64,000 nt of DNA from Basidiobolus meristosporus CBS 931.73 (Eukaryota; Fungi; Basidiobolomycota): the NCBI GenBank assembly GCA_002104905.1, contig MCFE01000261.1, forward strand, positions 45,623 to 109,622. Direction: 5' to 3'. Of this stretch, positions 11,784 to 22,519 are shown piece after piece (position 1 is the stretch's first letter; each line of letters opens with the position of its first letter). Below the pieces are notes generated by a model. That model was not told the DNA's origin and made no database searches. It saw only the letters and a program-made list of their open reading frames with translations. A program made the translations under genes and the position numbers.

Positions 11784-13975
11784 GATCCATGTAGAGCAGC
11801 AATTTTGGTGTTGATAGTATACTGTATAGTAGGAATGTACTTGTCCCAATTCTTCTTGATACTTTGATAGATTTCCTGATGATGCTCACTGAGGTCTGAA
11901 CATGTCTTTCAGCAAATGCATTAGCTTTGGGATGATATGGGGTGACCAGACAGTGATCAATGGCACTATTCTGGCACAGGGATTTGATCACATGATTTAC
12001 AAATTCTGTTCCATTACCCAATTGAATGACCTCAGGGAATTCAAAAAGGCAGAAGAGCTTGAATAGTGCCTGTGCAATAGTGGCAGCATACTTCTCTGGG
12101 ATAGCTTTGAGGAAGACAAAACATGTGCAGACATCCACTATTACAGAGAGATAGTGATTACCATCATCACTAGTGGTGAAAGGTCCAGCTAGATCAAATG
12201 CAATATGATCCATAGGAAGGCTTGCATTGATGGGACTCAACAGGTGAAATCCATGGTGGCTGATATTGTAAAGTTGACATTCTCTGCAAGACTTGACAAT
12301 TTCCAGGCAGTCAGCTTTGATATTTGGCCAGTGATAACCATCAGAGTGTAGCTTCTTCATAAGTGTGTCAGCTCCAAAGTAGCCAAGTAAATGACTCCTC
12401 TGTATCAATGTTTTTGTTTAATTAGCATATGGGATTTTCCAGGTTGTTAAATTCAGTTAAGGGATTATTTTGAAAGTTGTAGTGAGCTTACTGATTATGT
12501 CAGTAATCACATGTCCCTCCCAAGGTGAAGTTAGGAAAAGTCTTGAAAGGTGGTCAGGCAGGATGTTGAGGACTCCTGGGCAATGAATAACTGTATATTC
12601 ATAATCAATTAGAGTATCAAGCCAGTTGGTGAGCATTGGAGTCAGAGTATTTTGAGTATGGATATAGAAAAGGACTTGGTGGTCTGTGTACAAGTAAAAG
12701 AGTTACCGCATAAGTACTGATGAAACTTCTTCAAGGCAAAGACTATGGCAAGTAGCTCCTTCTTGGTAGCAGAGTAGTTTCTCTCAGCAGGTTGTAGGGA
12801 TCTGGCTTAAAAAGAGATCCAGTGAGGTGGATTTTGGTCTTCATCCTGGTATAGGACAGCCCCTGACCCAATATTAGATGCATCTATAGCAACAACAAAG
12901 GTCTTAGTAGAGTCTGGGTAGGATAGGGAGGGTGCTTGTGGGAGCAATTGGCAGAGTGACTCAACTGCTTAATCACGAGTCTTGTTCCAGGCAGAGGGAA
13001 GATCAGGACTATGGTGTAATGATTTCAAAGGGGCACTCAAAGAGGACATGAGAGGAATGTGTTCCCTGAAATAGCTGAATACTCCAAGATAATGTTGGAG
13101 TTGCTTAGAGCTAGTGGGTTTTGGCCATTCAAGAATATTGACCAGTTTGAAAGGGTCAAGTTGGTGGCCATCTGAGGTGTATGGTGCATTCTTTAGTATT
13201 ATGGCCATGACTCTCTAGAACTTGCTGGTAAGTGTCTTTAGGCCAAAGGGAGCTCCCTGAACATCCATTGCATATTATTCCAAGTAAAGGCAGTCTTATG
13301 CTGATGATCAGGATGGATCTGGAATTGGTGATATGCATCCTTCAAGTCCAATTTGGAGAATACTTTTGTGCCTGATAGTGAGGAAAAGATATCCTGGACT
13401 CTTGGAATTGAAAATTTATCATCTTGGAGAAGTTTGTTCAGAGGTCTAGGGTCCAAACAGGGTCTCCTCAGAGTTAGATTTCCATTTGCATCCTTATTGG
13501 GTGCAAGCATCAAAGGGCTGTTGAATGTTGTGTTGACAGGGGCTTGAGTAATAATTCCAGTATCAGCCCACTTTTGGACTATTACATCAACTAAGTGTTG
13601 ACAAGAATGTGGAATTGGGTATTGCCTCCTCCATGTTGACTCACCAGGTGGGGTATTTAGTGTAACAGTGGGCTTTGGAATAGTGCAGAAGCTGTTCTTG
13701 AGTATGGCTTAGTTTCTTTCTATGGCCAGCTGAGTATTCAATTTGACTGAATGAGAATATGCTTGAAAAGTTGGGGTGGACTCCTCTGCTTCTGGATGAG
13801 GTAAGATAATATCTGGAATCTGATCCATTATTGGTGGCTGAGATTTAGTTATTCCAGGATATGAAACTGGTAGTCTGCCTACGTGAAAGCCAAGTTTGGT
13901 GAAGGTGTTTAGACTAATGACTACCTGAGGTCCATCTGGAATCTCAATAACTTTCATTTGATGGATTATAGTCAT

Positions 13976-16860
13976 TGAACCACAATGTATGCTGATTGGG
14001 TTGGTGATACCAATTCTTGGGGCTGAGAGTTCCTTAGCTGCAACTGACCATAACCCTGATTATGCTGGCTGGAAACTCCCATTGAATATGAGATATCTGG
14101 ATGTGTTTCCTGTATGAAGCTCATCAGACTGATGAATATAAGCTGATAAGAGAACTCTGGGCTTTCAGATGGCCCCAAGCTCTCTTGATTTGTTTGTGTC
14201 CTGACCAAGTTAAGGTTTGTTTCCATTAGGGTAGCCGCCAATAAACATACTGCCTCTTGGTACTTCTTAAGTATCTCTTGAAGATATTTGGACTGTCTAA
14301 AGGTGATAGTCTGAGGACTTCTATCCATAGAGACCTCATCCTTGAGTAGTAACTGAGTTCTCCTAGATCAGACACCTTGTGCTTCTTAGATAGGCTGGAT
14401 TTGGCCTCTTCCAATAGTTCTTGGTTATTGGTAGCTAGAGTGAGACCATCAGCATGTAGAGCTAACAAATTGGGATTTGTCCTATCTGGCTGATAAAAGG
14501 TACTATAGTCTGCAGTACTTCTTTGGAAGCTCAAAGATTCCAAATAAGAATCTACTTTGCAATTCCAGGCTCCAAGTGATTGTTTGAAACCATATCGAGA
14601 TTTCTAGAGCTTGCATACCAAATGAGGGTTATCTTGGTCAGCAAGCCTGTAAGGCTGGTCTGTGTACATGTCATCATCAGGCTCCTTATTCAGAAATGCA
14701 GTGTTTTACATCAGCACAGTAATAGAAAACACATATTCTGCTGCAATAGCCATTGGACTTGTTGTGTTGGAGAGTGTCACATTGAGCCATTAGTGTCAAA
14801 TGATACTAGAGTGTGCCAGGGAGACCAAGTGGACTTATACTTGGCCACAGAGTGTGAAATGTAGATCCTCATCTTAATGCAAAGCAACCCCTATGTTACA
14901 ATCATTGTGCTGGAGAAAATCAATTTTTTGCCCTTTTTTTGGGATCAATGTTGTGAAAGATATGTAGGAGCACAGTAGAACTGACAACATGCATCTGGTA
15001 CTCAAGACCCATGGTCCTCTGACTCTAGCTCCTGAGGCTTGTAACACATCACAAAATGCATGGCAGTATCTTGGTCCACTGGCACTAACTAGCACAATAA
15101 GTGCTTTGTATCAGTTTTACTTTAGGGCTAATATTTAAATATAGTGCCAGATGGTGCCAGGTAGTGCCAGTGGACTTAGATAATGCCATGCATTTTTGTG
15201 ATATGTTACAAACCACAGGAGCTAGATTCAGAGTGCCATAGGTATTGAGTACCAGATGCATGTTATTAGTTCTCTGTGCTTTTACATATCTTGCACAATA
15301 TTGATCCCAAAAAAAGGTCAAAAAATGGATATTCTCCAGAACAATAGGTGAAACGCAGGAGCTGCTTTTCATGAGAATCTATAACTATGTTCTACACTCT
15401 GTGGCCAAGTTTAAATTCACTTGGCCTCTCTGGCACACTTTGGCATCATTTGGCACTCATAGCTCAATGCAGCACTATCCAACAATACATGTTGATTATT
15501 AGTGTGATGAATTAAACTTGGCTGCCAGTGCAAGGGTCTCAGAGTAGTCCAGCCCTTTTGTTTGAGAGTATCTTTTGGCCACAAGTCTTGCCTTGTATCT
15601 TTCATCTAAACCAACAGCCTTGTATTTGTCTTTAACAATCACATGCATCCAATTGATTTTTGGCTGATTGGTAATTTGACAAAGTCCCAATTTAATTTTC
15701 AATCAGGGCCTGACACTCCTCAGTCATGGCTGACCTCCAAAACCTTATCTAAGGACTAATTACAGCCTCTTTAAAGTCGGGGGTGCTTCAATATGGACTG
15801 AGTAGGCACAGGCCAAGTTTGTACCCTTCTTATGATAGTAATTTGGGCTATTTGCTGTTTGGTTTGATCTTCTGCCTTGTGATACTGGAATGAATACTTC
15901 TTGGATATTCTTTGGCACTAATTCAGAATGGACAACAGCTATGGAGTCCTCTGGAGTGAAAAATATCTCACTGTAGTGCTCTAGTTCCTTCCAGTCTCTT
16001 TGTAGACTTGAAAACCAATTTTTGTCATCATCTGATTACATTTTTGTTGAAATTCTGCATTTTCATCAAACAACACATCCCTGAACTTGTTCAGCTTCTT
16101 AGCCTTATTATTATAGAGTCTGTATGCTTTTCTTGCATGGTAGTAGCCCAAAAATAGGTACTTTATGCTTTTTGACTAAAATTTTGCCTGATTTGTAGGC
16201 AGTTACTTGGCATAAGCTGTGCACACAAGTATTCTTGGATGTTCTGCATTTGATCCACATCTATACTGGGCCTCAAGTGGAGTAGAATCATGAAGTATTT
16301 GACTATAACTCCTACTTCTGAGATATGAATATTTGGCAACTGATTTGACACAGAAATTGAAGGATAATTTTTGATCATGCATCATAGCTCTTGCCATATC
16401 ACTCATTAATCTATTTGCACATTCTTACACTTCATTCTGCTGTGAGAAGCATGGTACAGTAGTCTCTTGAATTATCCCAAAAACTTGCAGAAGAGGATGA
16501 AGAGTTTAGAGGTATATTCTCTACCACTGTATGTGTGTATAGTATTGATTTTCTCTTCAGTTCCTCTTCCCCACTATGGCTATAAGCACCCTGAGCTCAG
16601 ACAGAACTTCTTCCTTTCTCACCATGAAGTAGACTCACATGTATTTTGCATAATCATTAATCAAAGTAACCAAATACTTCATCCTGCTCAAGGGTGAATT
16701 TGCATAGGTCCACACACTTCTGAGTGAATCAAAATCTAATTTTTCTTTGATTTGATTAATCAGTGCACTTAAGCAGCTGTCTGGCTTATTATTCATATAT
16801 GCAGGCTTCATAGTGCTTCATATTTGCTCGGTGATTAATTCTTATTTCATAAACTAGCTG
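13976..16860 (-). mobile_element. Decayed internal fragment of Copia family B (IN-RT), split by a MITE
   Basis: Collinear with 59900-62100 (RYKARLVAKRYSQTKGLDY, DMARAMMHDQKLS, LLALHADGL); many stops. Confidence 0.85.
14755..15494. mobile_element. 740-bp fold-back MITE related to the PHIS element
   Basis: Inverted arms of about 345 bp around a short spacer (about 15102-15140). ATT TSD (14752-54, 15495-97) restores the Copia host. Left end GGACTTGTTGTGTTGGAGAGTGTCAC resembles the PHIS end AGACTTGTTCCGTTGGATAGTGCCAC. Confidence 0.85.
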
Positions 16861-18243
16861 CTGCTTAATCATTTTACACAAATAGTCAAGATGGATATGT
16901 CCATTTCTCCAGTGCCATAGCATTCAAATGGTCTTAATGAGCTCTATATTTCATTGAGCAGACCTAACCAGCTAATAAATCCAATTGCCCTATATGGCCA
17001 GAAACTCAATGGTGTTTTGACAGCTTCATAGCAAACCTTTGCTGGCATTATTATGACAGTACAGTGGCTTACAGCTAGTTCTGCTTAATGCTCCTGTACC
17101 AATTCACCAAATGGTATTTTTTTTCTACCTCCTGTTGCACCATTCATATATTCTACTTTAGAACCACCCCTCTTTATTTGCTTACCAACTACTACCTTGT
17201 TTCATGATCACATGACATCCCTAGTCTCCAATGTTCAAGCTAAATCATGTTGCTGAAGAAATCCCAGCTCCTTCCAGAAAGTTCTGATACATTCTAGCAA
17301 CTTGTGGAAAGCTCCAACTGAAGATTACACCATGGAACATTATATGGATGTTCCCCTTTGGAATTTATGTAGCCAATACCATATATGGTAACTACATGTC
17401 ACATGACCTGGTCACATGTTCAGCTGACCCCTGACATATCCACATGTGACATTCTAGTCTCTTATTTGGTATATTTCTATCTTGGCACACTTACAGTGCC
17501 TCACCCCAGAACCCCAACAGTAGTAGCCATTATCTCTCCGCATCTATATTGCCAAAAAGTATATATCAGCCTATCCTCCCCTTATGTATTCCCCAGTTTG
17601 ATAAACACAGGTTGTGAATAGACAGCCTTGCCTTGGAAATTTGCCTTGCATTGGAAACACACCTTGCCTTGTTGATCCATACCTAAGTCCTTTCCTAGTC
17701 CTGCCTTGCCTAGCTCTACCCTCCTGACTTGTGTCTATTCATAACACCTTGGATATTCTACATAGAGCTTAAATCAGAAAAAAACTATGACCTCCTGCTT
17801 ACTAACCTCTACAAATGTGCATACATATGCCATATACCTTGTACTGCAGGTAACATATACATCTTGCAAACATATGCTTGATTGTTGTCACTTCTGCCAT
17901 GCATACCTCCTGAATATCTGCAAAGAACTTCTTGGTATTTAGCCAATATATTCCTTCTCCCTCCTGGATTCTAGTCCCCCTATAGATGTGCTCTTGCTCT
18001 TGTTTGTGTGAGTTCTGTAACTGAATGCTGTAGGAGCGGGCTTATCAACAAGAGAGACCTGGCATACTTTGGTAAAGTTCTGCATATAAAGATTATTTTC
18101 TTTTTGCACCCAATCCAACTTTGCATTACTTAACTGATTACCCATGCATTGTGGCTGCTTAGCTTCTTAATGCCAAGGGCATAGGTGTCTCTAAATACAC
18201 ATTGGTCCATGCTATTATCCTGCTTTTCCCCATATGAGAAATT
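16860..18243 (-). mobile_element. Distal fragment of the CACTA-like transposase region (homologous to 42960-43850)
   Basis: Reverse-complement similarity to 42960-43850 (DQCVFRDT...HNAWVIS vs DRCAYRDT...HNAWVIS). At that locus the frame continues from the CACTA motif FWEFPIEQICG. Confidence 0.55.
17200..17746 (+). mobile_element. Solo LTR, family C (547 bp)
   Basis: Homologous to 44376-44902 (TGTCATGATCACATGAC...ATAACA); TSD CCTTG (17195-99, 17747-51); first TG mutated to TT. Orientation not established. Confidence 0.8.
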
Positions 18244-18989
18244 ATTAGACTTGTTCCATTGCACCATGCCAGGGTGTGCGGCGCAATCCGCGGTTGTAAA
18301 AAACAATTGGGCGCAATATTATGGCTACCAGAAGGAAGGATTGTTCTTGGACAATTTTGCACTATGCGGGACAATCTTGCACACTATGGCACAATCTGAC
18401 ACGATGAGGTTGGAACGGATGATTGCGCCAACTCGTAATGTTTGCATCACGTGCGTGATTGGATACCGCTATTATGGCAGGTAAAATCCGGTATTTGGAT
18501 ATGTTTCTTTAATGCAAATGGAAATAAATGTGTATCACACTATAAACTACACTAATACTTACCATTTTGGTTACCCTCACTCCAATTGGACGGTATCTCA
18601 GTGGTTAATTGGTCCAAAAGTATCCTGAAACTGGCAGCCCCCAATTGGCTCATTGACTACTAAAAAAGCTACCTGATTTGCAATCAAATATCCCATTTTG
18701 CTCATTGAGCAAGTAAATCCCTGATCCTAGTGATTGGACAAGGTGTCATAGCCAGCACGTGAGCGATTGTGTAGGTGCAAAACAGATCCAATAGCTGCAC
18801 TGGTATTACAGATGACATATATATATGCAGGGTGTTTATTTTTAGGGGTTCTGTCTCAAATGTGAGATGACCTTGATATTACTTATATCAAAAATTTGAT
18901 GATCACTGATTTGCAACGGCTCAATTCTGATTGCAAAAAAAAAGGGTTGTTGGGATCATTACAAATGTGAGCTATTCAAAGCGATTGCA

Positions 18990-20177
18990 TCATCTTCTCC
19001 TGGGTTTTTTTCTCACAGGGATTACTACTGAAGCATTTGGTAGTGACTCACTTTGCACACCTATACTACTTCCTGGCTGACTATCATCTTGGCTACTTGT
19101 GTATTCATAGTCAGTATTTTGAACTGAACCGGCCTGTAGTGCCACACGCTGACGCGTTCTTTTACTTGCCAAGGGCTCCAGTGGTTGAGGCACTTCATGT
19201 TGGTCATCATCAGTCAGTTCACCAGAAGTAACTTGCTGATGGTCAGGCAAAATGGCACATGCAGGCACGCCTTGACGCGTTGAGATGGCCCTTGGCTGAG
19301 TTTGATGTGATGCTGCAAGTTGACACAACTCGGTCCGCTCCAATGGACTCGTGTCTAAATGAGCAGTTTGGCAAGTTCTTGTAGTTTTGCTCTGAAGCGC
19401 GCGCGTTGACCCAACGCGCATTGACTTGAGGCGGGGTGTTCCGGTAAAGGGTGTTGGCGTACTCTGGACTGACGTGCGCCGGCGCGCTGTGGTTGCAAGA
19501 GATGGTAGGGAATCCAGCAAGGCATGCTGGCGCGATCTAGATGATGTTGCTTGCAGTCTGTATTCTTCCTCCTGAAGCTCACCATTTGATTCCTCAAGGT
19601 ATTCACTTACCCTCTGTCTGATACTTTGGAGCTGTTGCCTGGATGAGTCCTGTGTATATTGCTCTCGGAAGCCACTTAGCTCTACTAATATATCACTTAG
19701 TACATTAGTCATTTGAGGCAAAAACTCATTCAAAATCTCTTTGGTTCCCAAAGTTGAGGCACAAACAGACGCGTCCGGCCCGTACTGTGCAAACTGCGCG
19801 TGAAATTGCTCCCGCGCGGCTTCTTTGTCAAATCCCCTCACTCTCAGCTCATTCTTGACTTCAATACTTGTCTTGTTATATATCTTTTTACATACATTGG
19901 CTGGCATCTTGATGTAGAACTCATGCCACAGCTTTCTACTCAAATTCTTCCATCTTTGTTGACTCTCTGAGGTATCTAGTTCTGCTAGATTAATCAGTAG
20001 TGCCCAAATATCTGTATGAAGGCTCATCATAGACACTTGGGCCATACTAAAATCATTTGGCAAGAATTTGAATGGATCCAACATTGACTTTTCCGGTCTG
20101 GACCGCGCTTGTGAGCTGGGGGATGGGTTTTGTCTGGGTTGTACTAAAGATGAGCTGAGGCTTGGTATGGGGACCAT
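18990..20177 (-). CDS. PHIS accessory protein (395 aa; possible Myb/SANT-MADF-like helix pair, coiled coil, C-terminal NLS)
   Basis: Open ORF inside the TIRs. IWALLINLAELDTSESQQRWKNLSRKL resembles W..I...L......QC..RWKNL; ends VRKKPRRR. Decayed paralogue at 28390-29573. An alternative start MLDPF is at 20084. Confidence 0.7.
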   Translation of the reverse strand: MVPIPSLSSSLVQPRQNPSPSSQARSRPEKSMLDPFKFLPNDFSMAQVSMMSLHTDIWALLINLAELDTSESQQRWKNLSRKLWHEFYIKMPANVCKKIYNKTSIEVKNELRVRGFDKEAAREQFHAQFAQYGPDASVCASTLGTKEILNEFLPQMTNVLSDILVELSGFREQYTQDSSRQQLQSIRQRVSEYLEESNGELQEEEYRLQATSSRSRQHALLDSLPSLATTARRRTSVQSTPTPFTGTPRLKSMRVGSTRALQSKTTRTCQTAHLDTSPLERTELCQLAASHQTQPRAISTRQGVPACAILPDHQQVTSGELTDDDQHEVPQPLEPLASKRTRQRVALQAGSVQNTDYEYTSSQDDSQPGSSIGVQSESLPNASVVIPVRKKPRRR

Positions 20178-20536
20178 AGCAACGGATTTGGATACTTATA
20201 CAGCAGTATATTGACATCAACCTGGTCTTATATGAAATATATATGACAACTAATGTGATTGTTGAAATCTCCATATATTATGCATGATGCATCTCGGATT
20301 GCGTTGACACGGATCAGATCACATCAATCGCAGATTTCCTATTTGATTATAGACCTATGATTAAAGCATCAATAAAAGTATCAAGGCATTGTTTGCAGAT
20401 GATTTTTGCGACATAATGATGGGATATGTGGCAATTGATGGAGATTTAACCATAATGTATTAAAAATCAGATTAATAAGGCGGATCACGCCAAATCAATT
20501 CAAACTGCCTTTATACAATCATCCACCAATTTTAAT

Positions 20537-21421
20537 ATGACTTACTCATCTGAATGGTCTTTTCTCATCAATCCCATCACTACCACTGGATTTCCTTTTG
20601 ACACACTAGAGGAGATCTATTCCAAGTACTGTGGACCATCAACCCCAATCTACTCAAGGAGATCCCTTGTCAAGCTTCTCTGCTATTACAAGAGCTATTG
20701 CCCTACAAGGTTTCATCCCACCATCCATGGCAACAAAAGTCCTAGAAGCTTTCATTCCCAGCTGACAGCAATGGAGAACCACCTTGCAGAGGGTATGAAT
20801 GACTTAGAGCAAGCTTGGAATACTAGGTTCAGAAGCTCCAATAGACTTCCATATCCCAGAGTGTTCAGCAACAGGTTCCATATCAGGAGTATTTTGGATA
20901 CCTTCCCAGTGAGGATTAACAGACCTTCTAGAGGGCAGAGACACTTTTATTCTGGAAAGTACAAGGCACACTGTGTGAAGTTTCAAGCACTGTCTGACAT
21001 TGAGGGTAACATCATCTGGTTTAGTGGGCCATTTGCTGGAAGTAGGCATGACAAAGCACTCTGGGTAGAGAATCATCCTGAATTCAGTAGAGGGGAGAAA
21101 TGTATGGCAGACTTAGCTTATATAGGAGAGGATTGTCAGAGATTAGGATATATTACAGCTTATAGGAAGCCAAGGAATGGTGTACTTAGCAGGAAGCAGA
21201 AGCTCTACAATGAGATATTTAATCATTTCAGAGTAAGGGTAGAGCACACATTTGGATATCTGAAGAGATTCAGCATATTGGCAGGTAATTACAGAGGAAA
21301 GTCATATATAGGAGAAAACAGCAGAATAGGTAAAATAGTTAAGATACTTATTAGTGCACAGTATGTTCATACAAGAAGACATCCACTGAGAGAAATGTGT
21401 CTGGAGCATTATGAAGAGTAA
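20537..21421 (+). CDS. DDE_Tnp_4-type (IS5/PIF-Harbinger-like) transposase, 294 aa
   Basis: ILDTFPVRINRP, QRHFYSGKYKAHCVKFQ, GSRHD, MADLAY, RVRVEHTFGYLKRFSIL: complete D-D-E triad. Confidence 0.92.
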   Translation: MTYSSEWSFLINPITTTGFPFDTLEEIYSKYCGPSTPIYSRRSLVKLLCYYKSYCPTRFHPTIHGNKSPRSFHSQLTAMENHLAEGMNDLEQAWNTRFRSSNRLPYPRVFSNRFHIRSILDTFPVRINRPSRGQRHFYSGKYKAHCVKFQALSDIEGNIIWFSGPFAGSRHDKALWVENHPEFSRGEKCMADLAYIGEDCQRLGYITAYRKPRNGVLSRKQKLYNEIFNHFRVRVEHTFGYLKRFSILAGNYRGKSYIGENSRIGKIVKILISAQYVHTRRHPLREMCLEHYEE

Positions 21422-21607
21422 ATAAAGCAAGGAAAGCACTATTCTGAGCAACATAAGTAAGATTGAGTAAAATTACCAGTAGCTGTATCATACCACAGGC
21501 ATCATGGTAGAAATTATAGTGCCAGATAGTGCCGTAGAGTGCCAGATCAATCTGGCACCATAAACAGGCTGGCACTATGTGGCACTATCCAACGGAACAA
21601 GTCTATT

Positions 21608-22518
21608 GTGATGATCCTGTCAAAAGGCCATCACAGATGCTAAGTCCTGTGACTAAGAGGTATTGTTTCTATCAGGACACTGTGCAAAGACCATCAAAAG
21701 ATAATTGCACCCCAGATATCATAAAGAACTTAATCAAAATATTTTATCACAACAATACAAAAGTGGCTTTTGATTGATTCTCTGCCAATTTTCTCACTTT
21801 CTGATCCTGGACACTCTATCACCTCCTACATTTGTGAGTATATATTGACTATTGCCTCTTTTTCACATTCCTTGCTACCTGACTCAGCTGTTTCTCTTAT
21901 TTTTCATGCAAACAAATTGACTTATTTCAGTTGAAACTCTATATGATCCTCAATAGCCAGTTGTATTGACCTATACAAGTCCCTATACCCTACACTAGCA
22001 TTAAGCCAAACCCCACACTCAAGAAGCAACTTCATTAAGATCCACCACTCAATAACCCAATGAAAATTATTGAGATGGTCCAGTCAAAAGGCTGTCACAA
22101 AGTTAAAGTCTCATGACTAAGAGGTACCGATCCTATCAGGGTACCATCCAGAGACCGTTGAAAAATAATTGCACCCCAGATTTAACAAAAAACTTAGTCA
22201 AAATCTTTCATCACAACAATGTATAAGTGGCTTTTGATTGGTTCCCTACCAATTTGCTTGCTTTCTGATCCCAGACACTCTATCACCTCCAATGTTTGTG
22301 TGAATTGATTGGCTATTGCCTCTTTTTCACACTCCTTACTTCCTGACTCAACCATTTCTCTTACTTTTCATGCGCACCTGTTGATTTATTTCTGTTGAAA
22401 CTTCAGTTGTACCTCAATTGCCAATTGTATTGACATATACAAGTCCCCAAACCCTACACTAATATTAAGCCCAACCCCTCACTCAACAAGCAACTCTATA
22501 AAATTCACCACTCAATAA
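21608..22518. repeat. Tandem duplication of a unit of about 464 bp
   Basis: GTCAAAAGGC at 21619 and 22083; CACCACTCAATAA at 22043 and 22506. A related motif is at about 44000 on the opposite strand. Confidence 0.85.
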
Positions 22519-22519
22519 G

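Larger units (their letters stand above)
10682..13975 (-). mobile_element. Decayed Ty3/Gypsy chromovirus (PR tail-RT-RH-IN-chromodomain), 5'-truncated
   Basis: RT (RPCLDPRPLN, FSKLDLKDAYHQ, HKTAF), RH (YTDHQ), IN (H..G..C..C, DLAGPF, YHPKANAFAER), GPY/F (KYEGPFKV) and chromodomain, in Gypsy order on the minus strand with stops and frameshifts. Confidence 0.9.
18247..21604. mobile_element. Complete two-gene PHIS-superfamily DNA transposon (Harbinger/ISL2EU/Pangu-like)
   Basis: TIRs AGACTTGTTCCATTG (18247-61) and CAACGGAACAAGTCT (21590-604), 14/15 match; ATT TSD (18244-46, 21605-07); two divergent open ORFs; subterminal TGGCAC-type repeats. Confidence 0.9.
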
